A stretch of 64,000 nt of DNA from Nitrospirota bacterium (lineage in GTDB: Bacteria; Nitrospirota; JACRHJ01), in the NCBI GenBank assembly GCA_963845245.1, contig CAWJRJ010000017.1:64001-128000 (forward strand). Reading direction: 5' to 3'. The position numbers and the translations under genes are program-made. Below the pieces are notes generated by a model. The model saw only the letters and a list, made by a program, of their open reading frames with translations, did no database searches and had not been told where the DNA came from. Shown piece after piece: positions 50,540 through 60,012 of the stretch; the stretch's first letter is position 1, and every line of letters begins with the position of its first letter.

Positions 50540-50569
50540 TTTATACTACAGCTTATTTTAAAATGTCAA
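50540..50569 (-). promoter_or_regulatory. sigma70 promoter of the tRNA operon
   Basis: TTGACA-N18-TATAAA just upstream of tRNA-Pro. Confidence 0.65.
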
Positions 50570-50591
50570 CCGTTTTTGCCTGTTTTATCAT

Positions 50592-50628
50592 AAAAAAAAC
50601 AGGCCCGGCAGTCTTTGGCTACCGGGCC
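50592..50628 (-). terminator. intrinsic terminator after the 20-aa peptide ORF
   Basis: minus strand ggcccggtag-ccaaaga-ctgccgggcc followed by tg and a T8 run. Confidence 0.85.
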
Positions 50629-50637
50629 GTGGGTCCC

Positions 50638-50700
50638 TTAGCAGGAGCTTTTGCATTTGCAAGTTGACGATGCAGCCTTAGCTACCTTTGTTATTGTCAT
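50638..50700 (-). CDS. putative RiPP precursor peptide, 20 aa MTITKVAKAASSTCKCKSSC (absent from ORF track)
   Basis: RBS aaagggggtg 6 nt before ATG; overlaps last 23 nt of the rSAM/SPASM gene; C-terminal CxCxxxC; terminator 9 nt after stop. Confidence 0.7.
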   Translation of the reverse strand: MTITKVAKAASSTCKCKSSC

Positions 50701-51862
50701 TACATACACCCCCTTTCCACGAGTATTTTACCCCGTTAGCTGCGCACCGGACCGGGTCCGGTCCGAGTGAGTCTGTATACCAGGCTGCGCGGAATCGGCA
50801 TCCGCCCCGGCAGGCCTCTTTTTGTTCGCAGTCGCAGTCGATCTCCGCAAGCCTTATCGGGCTGACCTTCTCCGCGCTCGCGCGAAGGCCCTCCGTTATG
50901 TTCCCGGCAGGGCGATCAAGGTAGAAGCCGCACTTTGCCACCGAACCGTCGGGGCCTATGCTCAAAAGATGTGTACCGCAGGCGTACCCTTCAGGCCCGT
51001 GGTGGAAGCCGCCGCCGAAGCCGTACTCCATGTACCGCGCCGCATCGGCGGGTTCGGGCATCAGCTTCGGGTAGTCCGAAAGCCTGCCGGACGGGACCGG
51101 CATGTCCACGTTCCACTCGCGCACGCCGAGCGATTCCATGAGGGACGCCATCACCTCGAAGTCGCCGGTGTTGAGGCTTGTCACCATCGTGGCAACGGAC
51201 ACCGCAATGCCCGCATCACTCAGGAACTCGATGGCCTTTACGGCCCTTTGGAAGTTGCCTTGTCCGCGGATGTAATCGTGTGCGCGCTCCATCCCGTCCA
51301 GGCTTACCTGCGCCTCCTGCACCATCAGCCGCTTTGCAACATCGCGGTCCACCAGCGTACCGTTTGTCAGCAGCACGCTCCTGAACCCGTGTTCCGGGAA
51401 CCGCTCGTTTATCGCCCAGAAATCTCTGTGCAGAAGAGGTTCGCCGCCCGAGACAAGCAGCCGTAAGCCGCCCGCGGCATCGAATTCATCCATCGCGCTG
51501 TATGCAAGCGGAAGGGGGAGGTCGTGCGCCGTCGCGTCGCCCAAATAGCAATGCCTGCATTTCAGGTTGCAGCGGCCTGTCAACTGTAGTTCGAGGTATC
51601 GCAGGAACCCGATGGGTGCGGTGTTAAGGGTGGTTTTGTCCGACGGGCGGTCGCCTTCGACAAGTATGCCTTCACCAAGGCAGTACTCTACGAACTCCCC
51701 GCAACCTCCAACATCGGCCATGCCGCAGTTCTGGAGGAACGCGAGAGATTCGGAGTCGAGCTCATACAGCTCGTCCGTGGCGCGGTTATAGACATACGGC
51801 CTGTCCAGCACCCTTATGGAGCAGTCCCTGGAGAGGGATATATGTCTATTTGCCGATGGCAT
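50678..51862 (-). CDS. radical SAM/SPASM-domain protein with RRE/PqqD-like N-terminus
   Basis: CNLKCRHC, SGGEPL, TNG, SLDG; SPASM C..C..CDC..CRGGC..C; N-terminal YVYNRATDELYELD segment. Confidence 0.9.
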   Translation of the reverse strand: MPSANRHISLSRDCSIRVLDRPYVYNRATDELYELDSESLAFLQNCGMADVGGCGEFVEYCLGEGILVEGDRPSDKTTLNTAPIGFLRYLELQLTGRCNLKCRHCYLGDATAHDLPLPLAYSAMDEFDAAGGLRLLVSGGEPLLHRDFWAINERFPEHGFRSVLLTNGTLVDRDVAKRLMVQEAQVSLDGMERAHDYIRGQGNFQRAVKAIEFLSDAGIAVSVATMVTSLNTGDFEVMASLMESLGVREWNVDMPVPSGRLSDYPKLMPEPADAARYMEYGFGGGFHHGPEGYACGTHLLSIGPDGSVAKCGFYLDRPAGNITEGLRASAEKVSPIRLAEIDCDCEQKEACRGGCRFRAAWYTDSLGPDPVRCAANGVKYSWKGGVCNDNNKGS

Positions 51863-52064
51863 CGGATATCTGGGCCAGGGTTAGGACTTTTTTGTCGATG
51901 AGCAGCCTGAGGAGCTTGAATGCGCCGCATTCCAGGTCCTTGTCGCTCTCCTTGTAAAAGTCGCAGTCCGCGCAGAATAGGCTGACGGCCCCGTCCTTCG
52001 TACATGCGAAGCCTGGGTCGCCACCGGATATCTCCAGCTGTTTTTTAAGGTTTTTAAATTTCAT
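51846..52064 (-). CDS. small Cys-rich hypothetical protein, coupled to the rSAM gene
   Basis: 72 aa, C..CADCDFY..ECGA; stop overlaps rSAM start. Confidence 0.72.
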   Translation of the reverse strand: MKFKNLKKQLEISGGDPGFACTKDGAVSLFCADCDFYKESDKDLECGAFKLLRLLIDKKVLTLAQISDAIGK

Positions 52065-52365
52065 GGATAAAGTATGCCATAAAATCCGTGGAAATCAAGG
52101 CGGCGGGACTCATCAGCCGACATTTTACAGTTATATAGGGGATATCCCCTAGGTGTTCATTAAAATGACTCGTCGCCAAGTCCGTTTTTTCTTTATTGCC
52201 GGGTATGGATAACTGTTGTTACAGGCTATAAAACCGCCTTCTCTGCCCGGATTACAATCTGTCCACAAGATAGCCCCGGAATTTTAATAATTTAACTAAA
52301 CTATGTACATAAATACACCTATAAATTAAAAAACTCTAACAATTCAATGCGTTGTATTAATGATA

Positions 52366-52411
52366 ATTAATGATAATCAATATTGACAATCTTTTCGTGA
52401 GATGTTTTAAT
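52366..52411 (+). promoter_or_regulatory. sigma70 promoter with overlapping Fur-box-like site upstream of octaheme cytochrome
   Basis: TTGACA (52383)-N17-TTTAAT; ATTAATGATAATCAATATT (52366-52384) is 15/19 to the E. coli Fur consensus. Confidence 0.5.
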
Positions 52412-52561
52412 CACCTCAGTTTTCGATGCCAGAGACGTCTCAGTTAGAAAACTTAACGAGTCCGGTCACGTTAGCCGGCCAGGAAGCAAAAGGAGGTTGA
52501 TTAGACTTACCAGAGAATCAATCATCACAAAACTGACAAGAATAAGCTTGAAGGAGAATAA

Positions 52562-54229
52562 ATGATGTTTAGAAAAAAAATGCTTTTGGTAAGTACTTCT
52601 TTGTTGGCATTAACACTATTTGCGTTTGCACAGATGTCATACGCTGGAAGCGTCAACATCAGTTCCAGCTATGTCGTCTTTGCATGGAACGACCTGGGTA
52701 TGCACTGCCTGAACCCGACCTACGACAAGGCAGTCATCCTTCCGCCGTACAACGACCTTATCGTCCAGGTCGTCAAACGCGGTGACCCGCCGACCGTTGT
52801 CACGACCGGCCTGACCGTCTCATACCGTATAATCAACAATACCACTTCCGCGAACAAGGCGAGCTATGGCCAGTTCTGGACATATGCCACGAAGCTCTTC
52901 GGTATAGCCCTGCCGGTGAACACGGGTCTGAACCTGGTAGACCCCAACATACACAACGGCCTCACGGGCAACATGGTCGTGCACGGCACGCAGTTCGAGG
53001 CCGACGGCATACCGGCTACACCGGTTGACGACAAAGGCGTCTGGAACCCGTACCAGGTGGCCGAGATCACCGTAAAAGACAGCACGGGCAATATAGTGGC
53101 CCAGACGAGGACGACGATACCGACATCGGACGAGATCAACTGTGCCAAGTGCCACGGCACTACGGATACGTTTGGCGATATCCTCAGGAAGCACGACTCC
53201 ATGCACGGCACTAACCTCGCCAACCAGGCCCCGGTGCTCTGCTCAAGCTGCCATGCGGACCCGATACTTCACACTGTCAACGCAAACGGCGCGACAGGAT
53301 ATCTGTCCTCCGCAATGCATGGGTCGCACAGCACGAGGGGCGCTACTTGCTATGACTGCCATCCCGGAGACAAGACGCAGTGCAGCAGGAGCCTTGCCCA
53401 TACCGCAAGCGACGGCAACTGCACCACCTGCCACGGCGACATGGCGAACGTGGCCAACACCATTCTCACGGGCGGAAGGATACCCTGGCTGAACGAGCCC
53501 AAGTGCGTGACCTGCCATTCGGGCGTTGCCGAGGTTGACACGGGCACCACGCTCTACAGGAACGCGTTAGGCCACGGCGGGCTTCACTGCTCGTCATGCC
53601 ACGGCTCGCCGCATGCCATGGTCCCGTCCGCTCAGGCTTCCGATAACTACCAGTCCACCCAGTATCAGGGTGCGGTGAAGACGATAGGCAGTTGCGGCGC
53701 CTGCCATAGCAGCTCAAGGGGCGCTGGACTATCGGATTACCTGGAGGAGCACGGCTGGCTCACCCCGCAGAGGCAGAACGGTTGCAACATCTGCCATACG
53801 CAGATAACCTCGACCAATACGTCTAACTGGCCTCACCAGTACCAGTGGAAGGACAGCAATTCTACTTCCTCAGGCGGCAGCACCGGTGGTGATGGAGGCG
53901 GAACGGGCACCGTGTCGCCTGCCACCAGCGCCACCATCACCCCTTCAACTGGGACGGTCATCGTTGGCAAGTCGGTAACCTTTACCGCATCTGCCTCAGG
54001 CGGCTCCGGCACCTACGAGTACCAGTTCCTGCTCAGCGGGCCGGGCACCAGCGGCACCGTTGTCAAGCGCAGCTACTCGCAGACGAAGACCTGGTCCTGG
54101 ACGCCATCCAAATCCAACATCGGTGTGAACACCATAACCGTGCGGGCCAGGAACGTCGGCTCCACGGCTTCCTACGAGGCATCCAAATCCTGCCAGGTTA
54201 CGGTCAAGCGCTATAGCAGCAGCAACTAA
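52562..54229 (+). CDS. secreted octaheme c-type cytochrome with C-terminal Ig-like domain
   Basis: signal peptide, NDLGMHC motif, 8 CxxCH, Gly/Ser linker, beta-rich YEYQF..WSWTP domain. Confidence 0.9.
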   Translation: MMFRKKMLLVSTSLLALTLFAFAQMSYAGSVNISSSYVVFAWNDLGMHCLNPTYDKAVILPPYNDLIVQVVKRGDPPTVVTTGLTVSYRIINNTTSANKASYGQFWTYATKLFGIALPVNTGLNLVDPNIHNGLTGNMVVHGTQFEADGIPATPVDDKGVWNPYQVAEITVKDSTGNIVAQTRTTIPTSDEINCAKCHGTTDTFGDILRKHDSMHGTNLANQAPVLCSSCHADPILHTVNANGATGYLSSAMHGSHSTRGATCYDCHPGDKTQCSRSLAHTASDGNCTTCHGDMANVANTILTGGRIPWLNEPKCVTCHSGVAEVDTGTTLYRNALGHGGLHCSSCHGSPHAMVPSAQASDNYQSTQYQGAVKTIGSCGACHSSSRGAGLSDYLEEHGWLTPQRQNGCNICHTQITSTNTSNWPHQYQWKDSNSTSSGGSTGGDGGGTGTVSPATSATITPSTGTVIVGKSVTFTASASGGSGTYEYQFLLSGPGTSGTVVKRSYSQTKTWSWTPSKSNIGVNTITVRARNVGSTASYEASKSCQVTVKRYSSSN

Positions 54230-54271
54230 GGTTAAACGCAGATTGCTATAAAGCGTGAAGTCTCGATTGAA

Positions 54272-54297
54272 AAGGGCCCGGCATTTGCCGGGCCCTT
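54272..54297. terminator. terminator between convergent genes
   Basis: aagggcccggca-tt-tgccgggccctt. Confidence 0.75.
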
Positions 54298-54324
54298 CTG
54301 TATATATATATCTGTTTTTAAAGC

Positions 54325-55075
54325 CTAATAGATATTTATCGTTGCGACAAAGGTAAGGTCCTGGTTCTTCCAGATGTCAGGCAGGGGGGTAAAAGGACTT
54401 GCATCAATGAGTACCTGCTTGACTTCATTATCAAGCTTCTCGTTCCCGGACGACCTGACTATCTCGATGCTTTCGAGTTCGCCGGACCTGATAGTAAACT
54501 CGACCGTAGGGTCGTTGAACCGGGAATTGGAATATTTGAGCAGGCTGTCCATCCGCCTGTCCATCAGCGATGAAAGCCTGGCCAGGTATGAATTTATAAG
54601 GTAGTCAGTTTGAAGCGTCTCCTCTATCTCCGCATAACGCATAAGGTCGGTCTTGCTGACCAGGTTCCGGGTGCAGCCCGATATGCCCTCCTTGTCGGCG
54701 GGGGATGTACCGTTTAACCCGCCTTCTGCCCGGCCTTCAGTTGCCGGTACCGGGGGCGGAGCCGGAGCCTGTTGTGCTTGCTTGGTTTTTTCAGGCACAG
54801 GGACGGTCAATTCCGTTGAAGGCGCTGGAGGATTCGATTCAACCTCTTTTACAGGTTCGGGCGGTTTGGCGGCAGGCGGTCCTGGGCGCCTCTTTTCGGG
54901 GCAAGCTGCGGCAAGGGTCTTTGGCGCCGCATAAACCGGTCCCGTGATCTCGACTACCAGCGGCTCTTTTTCCTGTCTATTTGGGCGTCCGAAGTCGGAG
55001 AACCCCGATAAAACAAGGAGCAGATGGATAATCAGGGAGATAAGCAGAAAGTTGTATAATAGATTTCTTTTTCAT
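54325..55075 (-). CDS. TonB/TolA C-terminal-domain protein (extra base in homopolymer just after start)
   Basis: removing one base gives MKRNLLYNFLLISLIIHLLL (SxxxH TM), Pro-rich linker, SSG..LD..ASPF.PLP. Confidence 0.75.
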
Positions 55076-55145
55076 AATCGCTAAAAACTCAAAAATACTT
55101 CCCCATCTCCCATTCCGTGAACCAGTCTGGGTGATGGGTTAAGTC

Positions 55146-55724
55146 CTATTTCGTCACGATCTCCTTGCCCGCCTCGTAGGCCTCGCTGAGCGCGGTCGGG
55201 TGGTCCTTTATGACGCCCTTGTCGTCGATGCTGTTGTAGAGCAGGTTCTTGTAATATACAACGCCTATAGCGTCGTAGAAGAACCTCATCGTGAACATTG
55301 CGCCGTCGAAGGCCTTCTTCACTTTTGAGCCGGCTGTCGAGATGAAAACGCCGCGCCGCGTGATGTTGCCGCGATATTCCGAGACCGGGTCGTTCAGGAT
55401 GTATTTCTTCGCCCAGTAGCACTGGCACCGGTCGACCAGCGTCTTGGCCCAGGCGGAGATGCCCATGAAGTATATGGGCGACGCCACTACGATATGGTCT
55501 GCCTCCATGATCTTGTCATAGATGGCCTGGAACCCGTCATCCACCTCGCAGCGGCCGGTCTTGAAGCACTTGTTGCATGAGATACAGGGGTCGAAGCGTA
55601 CCTTGCTGAGGTTTATTATCTCCGTCTCGGCCCCGGCCTCTTTGGCGCCCTTCATTAATTCCTTCAGAAGCAGATCCGTGTTTCCGTTAGCCCGCGGGCT
55701 TCCCGAGAATCCCAATACTTTCAC
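55146..55724 (-). CDS. iron-sulfur flavoprotein / flavodoxin-family protein
   Basis: SGSPRANGNT, PCISCNKC..C..DD, ASPIYF, DRCQ. Confidence 0.88.
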   Translation of the reverse strand: MKVLGFSGSPRANGNTDLLLKELMKGAKEAGAETEIINLSKVRFDPCISCNKCFKTGRCEVDDGFQAIYDKIMEADHIVVASPIYFMGISAWAKTLVDRCQCYWAKKYILNDPVSEYRGNITRRGVFISTAGSKVKKAFDGAMFTMRFFYDAIGVVYYKNLLYNSIDDKGVIKDHPTALSEAYEAGKEIVTK

Positions 55725-55733
55725 GGTGACCTC

Positions 55734-56084
55734 CTACTTTTTAATGAACGACCTCATATAGAGCGCTATAGACTGTATTTCAACAGAGTCCTCCGGCAGG
55801 GCCTTCCCCTTCAGAGTGCTCTGTATGCAGATGTTGATCGCCTGTTCAAGCGTCTTCGCGTTTCCGCCGAACCATGTGCTTTTTGAAGCCAGGACACCAA
55901 GTTTCCGCTCCGACTGGTGGCAGGTAGAGCAGCTCTTGCCGTTTGTGCCGAGCGACGTGCTTGCGAACAGGGTCTTGCCAAGCTCGGCCGAAGGCTTTGA
56001 ATCAGCGGCATGCGCAAAGTGAGAGGAGAGAAGGAGTGCTGTAACAAAACCGAACCCTGCAAGTATTGCAAATGCCCGTTTCAT
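55734..56084 (-). CDS. periplasmic monoheme cytochrome c, possibly His/Cys-ligated (SoxA/TsdA-like domain)
   Basis: signal peptide AHA; CSTCH; LEQAINICI..LKGKAL..SVEIQSIALYM. Confidence 0.78.
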   Translation of the reverse strand: MKRAFAILAGFGFVTALLLSSHFAHAADSKPSAELGKTLFASTSLGTNGKSCSTCHQSERKLGVLASKSTWFGGNAKTLEQAINICIQSTLKGKALPEDSVEIQSIALYMRSFIKK

Positions 56085-56112
56085 GTTTCCTCCTGTTGTT
56101 TGGACTAGGTGC

Positions 56113-57021
56113 CTATGGGTTGCATTTCCCGCAGATGGACTTGAAAAGCGTAGTACTGAGGTATCTGTCGCCCCTGTCGGGGAACAGCGTTACTATGCTG
56201 CCGGACGACATGGTGCCGGCAAGTGCTATAGCGCCCGCCAGCGCGGCCCCGCTAGACATGCCCACGAACAGGCCTTCTTTCAGGGCAAGTGCGCGCGCGG
56301 CGTCGTATGCCGTCTCGTCGTCTATGGTTATCTTGTCGTCCAGGTTTGCCGGGTTGAATATGCCCGGGACTATCGCCTCTTTCATGTTCTTGAGGCCCTG
56401 TATCTTATGTCCTTTTATTGGCTCCACGCCGACGACCTTTATTGAAGAAGAATATTCCTTCAGACGCCTGCCGACGCCCATGATGGTGCCGGTCGTCCCG
56501 ATGCCCGCAACGAAGGCTGCGATCTCGCCGCCGGTCTGTCTCAGTATCTCCGGCCCGGTAGTCTCGTAATGCGCCATCACGTTGTACTGGTTCTCGAACT
56601 GGTTCGGCATGTAATATATCTCGGGCGACTCCTCATGTATCTTGCGCGCCATAAGTATCGCGCCGTCCGTCCCTTGCTCCGCGGGGGTGAGCACTATCTC
56701 CGCTCCGAGCGCTTCGAGGATGCTCCTTCGTTCCATCGAAACGCACGCAGGCATGGTGAGCTTCAGCCGGTACCCTCTCGCCGCGGCCACCATCGCGAGC
56801 CCTATGCCGGTGTTGCCGGAGGTCGCTTCGAGTATTATCTTCTCGCGTGTGAGAAGCCCCTGCTCCTCGGCCATCTTTACCATATAGAAGGCTGGGCGGT
56901 CCTTGACCGAGCCGCCGGGGTTCGACCCTTCGAGTTTCGCGAAGATCCGGACTTTTTTGTTCGGGTTTATGTTCTTTATCTCGACAAGTGGCGTGTTGCC
57001 GATTGACGAAAGTACTCCCAT
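56113..57021 (-). CDS. PLP-dependent cysteine synthase (CysK/CysM family)
   Basis: IGNTPLV, NPGGSVKDR, TSGNTG, GIGTTGT, GMSSGA, PDRGDRYLS; C-terminal CGKC. Confidence 0.93.
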   Translation of the reverse strand: MGVLSSIGNTPLVEIKNINPNKKVRIFAKLEGSNPGGSVKDRPAFYMVKMAEEQGLLTREKIILEATSGNTGIGLAMVAAARGYRLKLTMPACVSMERRSILEALGAEIVLTPAEQGTDGAILMARKIHEESPEIYYMPNQFENQYNVMAHYETTGPEILRQTGGEIAAFVAGIGTTGTIMGVGRRLKEYSSSIKVVGVEPIKGHKIQGLKNMKEAIVPGIFNPANLDDKITIDDETAYDAARALALKEGLFVGMSSGAALAGAIALAGTMSSGSIVTLFPDRGDRYLSTTLFKSICGKCNP

Positions 57022-57135
57022 CAGGTCTCCCGTAAGATGTTTATTATTTAATACTTTACGATATCAGTATAATTTTTAAGAGATAAACTGTCAACTGTTA
57101 TTGCTTGGGGCGCATATATGGGGTAAAATGCCCCA

Positions 57136-57885
57136 ATGGACAAAAAACCGCTTAAACTTGATTTCCATGTGCACACCTCAGACGACGTATTCGACAACAT
57201 CCCGCATGGCCCGGAACAGCTTGTCGACGAGATGGTCAGGAGGGGGTTCGACGGGTTCGCGGTAACGAACCACGACCACCACATAATCAGCGACAGGCTG
57301 TTCGGTTACGCAAAAGAGCGCGGCCTGCTGATAATACCGGGCATGGAGCTTACATACCTGCGTCAGCACATAGTATTGCTGAACTTTCGCGAGCCGGACA
57401 AGGTAAAGACCCCTGCCGACATAATCAGGGACAAGGGGGAGGCCAACCTCGTCATGGCGGCCCATCCGTACTTTCCCTGGGCCCCGAGCTGCGGCAAGCT
57501 CTTGGACGCCCGCCCCGAGCTGTTCGACGCAATAGAGTTCTGCCACCTCTACAACTGGCTGATCAATTTCAACAGGAAGGCGGTTTTAAAGGCTGAAGAG
57601 CTTGGCCTGCCGCTCCTGGGCACATCAGATGCGCACACACTCCTGCAGATAGGCTATACCTATACTATGGTGGATGCCGAGAAAGATGTCGAGGCGATAA
57701 TCGCCGCGATCAAGGCCGGGAAATCCAGGCTTGTCACCAGCCCCTTCAACTTTTTTGATTTCGCAAGGGTGATCGCATATATGAGGCTTGGAGGATTTAA
57801 AGAGGTACTTTGGCAGGGGACCTGCCTGAGCAACAATGTTTTTTACATTTTAAAGAAGTCGTGTTATAATCCACCTCTCCGATAG
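57136..57885 (+). CDS. PHP-domain metal-dependent phosphoesterase
   Basis: DFHVHT, VTNHD, PGME, AHP, SDAH. Confidence 0.87.
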   Translation: MDKKPLKLDFHVHTSDDVFDNIPHGPEQLVDEMVRRGFDGFAVTNHDHHIISDRLFGYAKERGLLIIPGMELTYLRQHIVLLNFREPDKVKTPADIIRDKGEANLVMAAHPYFPWAPSCGKLLDARPELFDAIEFCHLYNWLINFNRKAVLKAEELGLPLLGTSDAHTLLQIGYTYTMVDAEKDVEAIIAAIKAGKSRLVTSPFNFFDFARVIAYMRLGGFKEVLWQGTCLSNNVFYILKKSCYNPPLR

Positions 57886-57912
57886 ACCCTAGAAACAATC
57901 CTAGCTTCTTTA

Positions 57913-59335
57913 ATGAAGGAGCCCAGCAGTTTGACTAGCCAGGCCTTCCCACGTATTACCATATCTGCGCCGCACCGGAGTTCAGGCAAGAGCACCGTAA
58001 CGATAGGCCTCTGTGCCGCGCTTTCTTCCCGCGGCCTGAAGGTGCAGCCCTTCAAAAAAGGTCCGGACTTTATCGACCCCATGTGGCATGAGGCCGCATC
58101 CGGCACGGCAGTCCAGAAACCTCGACATATTCATGATGGGTGCGGAAAACGTCCTGGGCAGCTTCCTGCGCCATGCGCCTGGCTCCGATATAAGCATTAT
58201 AGAAGGCAACATGGGCCTCTATGACGGCATGGACCTTGAGGGCTCCGACTCGACGGCCGGGCTGGCCAGGCTGCTTAAGTCCCCGGTCGTACTGGTCATA
58301 GACTGCTCCGGGATGACGAGGGGCATCGCGCCGCTTGTGAAAGGCTTCGAGACGTTCGAGCCGGGCACGGAAGTCAAGGGCGTGATACTGAACAGGGTAA
58401 GGGGCGCAAGGCACGAAAAGAAGCTCCGCGACGCCATCGAGAGGTACTGCGACGCAAGGGTCCTTGGCGCACTGCCTTTCGAGGAGGACATGGGGATTGC
58501 CATGCGCCACCTGGGCCTTGTCCCCTTGAAGGAGGACAGGGGCCTTTCTCCGGCGATAGATGTCATGGCGAGGGTCATCGGCGAGAACCTGGACCTGGAC
58601 TCGCTTATTAGACATAGCCAGGTCCGCCCCAGCCCTTGAGCATAAGGTCGAGCCCGTAAGTATTATACCCGAGCCGGTCGTCAGGATAGGCGTTGCCATG
58701 GACCGCGCCTTCACGTTCTACTATCCCGGACAACCTGGAGGCGCTTAAAGAGGCCGGGGCGGAGATCGTGCCGTTCTCGCCCCTGACCGACCAAAAACTC
58801 CCGGATGTTGACGGTCTCTATATAGGTGGCGGGTTCCCGGAGGTGCACATGGAGGCGCTGGAGAAGAATTCCTCCATGAGGGAGTCGGTAAGGAATGCCG
58901 CTGAGTCCGGTATGCCGGTCTACGCCGAGTGCGGGGGGTTGATGTACCTCTGCCGCAGCATATCATGGGACGGGAAGACTTGCGGCATGGCCGGGGTCTT
59001 CCCCCACGATGTAAAGATGTCAAACCGGCCAGCCGGCCACGGTTATGTAATATTGAACCCCACCGGGGCCGGGCCCTCTGGCCGAAATGGACGGCCCTAT
59101 CAGGGCGCACGAGTTCCACCACTCCAGCATAGAGTTGGCCCCCGGCGCGGAGTTCGCGTTCACCCTTGAGCGCGGCAAGGGTATAGACGGGGTCCATGAC
59201 GGGTTGTTATACAAAAACGTCCTTGCAGGATATACCCATATACACATCCTGGGGGCTCCTCAGTGGGCCTCTAAATTAGTAAAATTTATTAATAGTTATA
59301 CCAAAAAAAACCTCTTGACAAACCAAAAGTCTTAA
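57913..59335 (+). CDS. dsrN: cobyrinate a,c-diamide synthase family, probably siroheme amidase DsrN (several frameshifts)
   Basis: [49 protein letters not shown] spread over ORFs 57913, 58088, 58560, 58693, 59087; directly upstream of dsrC. Confidence 0.75.
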
Positions 59336-59343
59336 TTTAATAT
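59315..59343 (+). promoter_or_regulatory. sigma70 promoter for dsrC operon
   Basis: TTGACA-N17-TAATAT. Confidence 0.55.
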
Positions 59344-59595
59344 AACGCTGTTTTAAAAACGAATACAGCTCTTTGGCAACGTATTTTCCGGACTAAATAT
59401 TTCGGTTGCAAGCACTGGGGGAGGGGATAAGAGCCTCTGCCGCATCTGTAGCATGCCGTTTGTTTTATATGCACTTCCGAGTTTTACCTGTTAAGGTCCG
59501 GTTTTAAAATCTACATATCTTTTAGGTGCACAGGGGTCAGTTGGGGCGTCTGTGATGTTTGCAGGATAACTATCTCTTTTAAGGAGGGTTGTAAG

Positions 59596-59931
59596 ATGCC
59601 GAGCTTAGAATACAAAGGCAAAACTTACGAAGTGGACGAGGACGGGTATTTGTTGAACCTTGATGAGTGGAACGAGGATATTGCAGGCTTCCTCGCGGAG
59701 CAGGAAGAAGTCGAGATGACCCCCGCCCATTGGGAAGTCGTCAACTTCCTCAGGGACTACTATGCCGAGTACAAGATCGCTCCCATGATCAAGATACTCG
59801 TCAAGGCCATCGGCCAGAAGCTCGGGCCAGAGAAGGGCAACACCAAGTACCTCTACGAGCTTTACCCGGCTGGCCCTGCAAAGCAGGCCTGCAAGATCGC
59901 CGGACTTCCTAAGCCGACAGGCTGCGTCTAA
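59596..59931 (+). CDS. dsrC: sulfur carrier protein DsrC
   Basis: VDEDGYL, HWEVVNFLR, both C-terminal Cys (QACKIAGLPKPTGCV); upstream of dsrMK. Confidence 0.93.
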   Translation: MPSLEYKGKTYEVDEDGYLLNLDEWNEDIAGFLAEQEEVEMTPAHWEVVNFLRDYYAEYKIAPMIKILVKAIGQKLGPEKGNTKYLYELYPAGPAKQACKIAGLPKPTGCV

Positions 59932-60012
59932 CCACCAAGACGGTCTGTTGCCGGCCGGGCTCCCGCCCGGCCGGCAACTCATATATCTACATATGAGAAG
60001 GAAGGGAGATCG

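Noticed and set aside
52060..52270. DnaA-box-like 9-mers suggesting oriC
   Set aside because: Only mismatched, scattered copies; no dnaA/dnaN context.
52412..52560. Cyclic dinucleotide riboswitch before the multiheme cytochrome
   Set aside because: No GEMM core motifs recognisable by eye; an Rfam scan would be needed.
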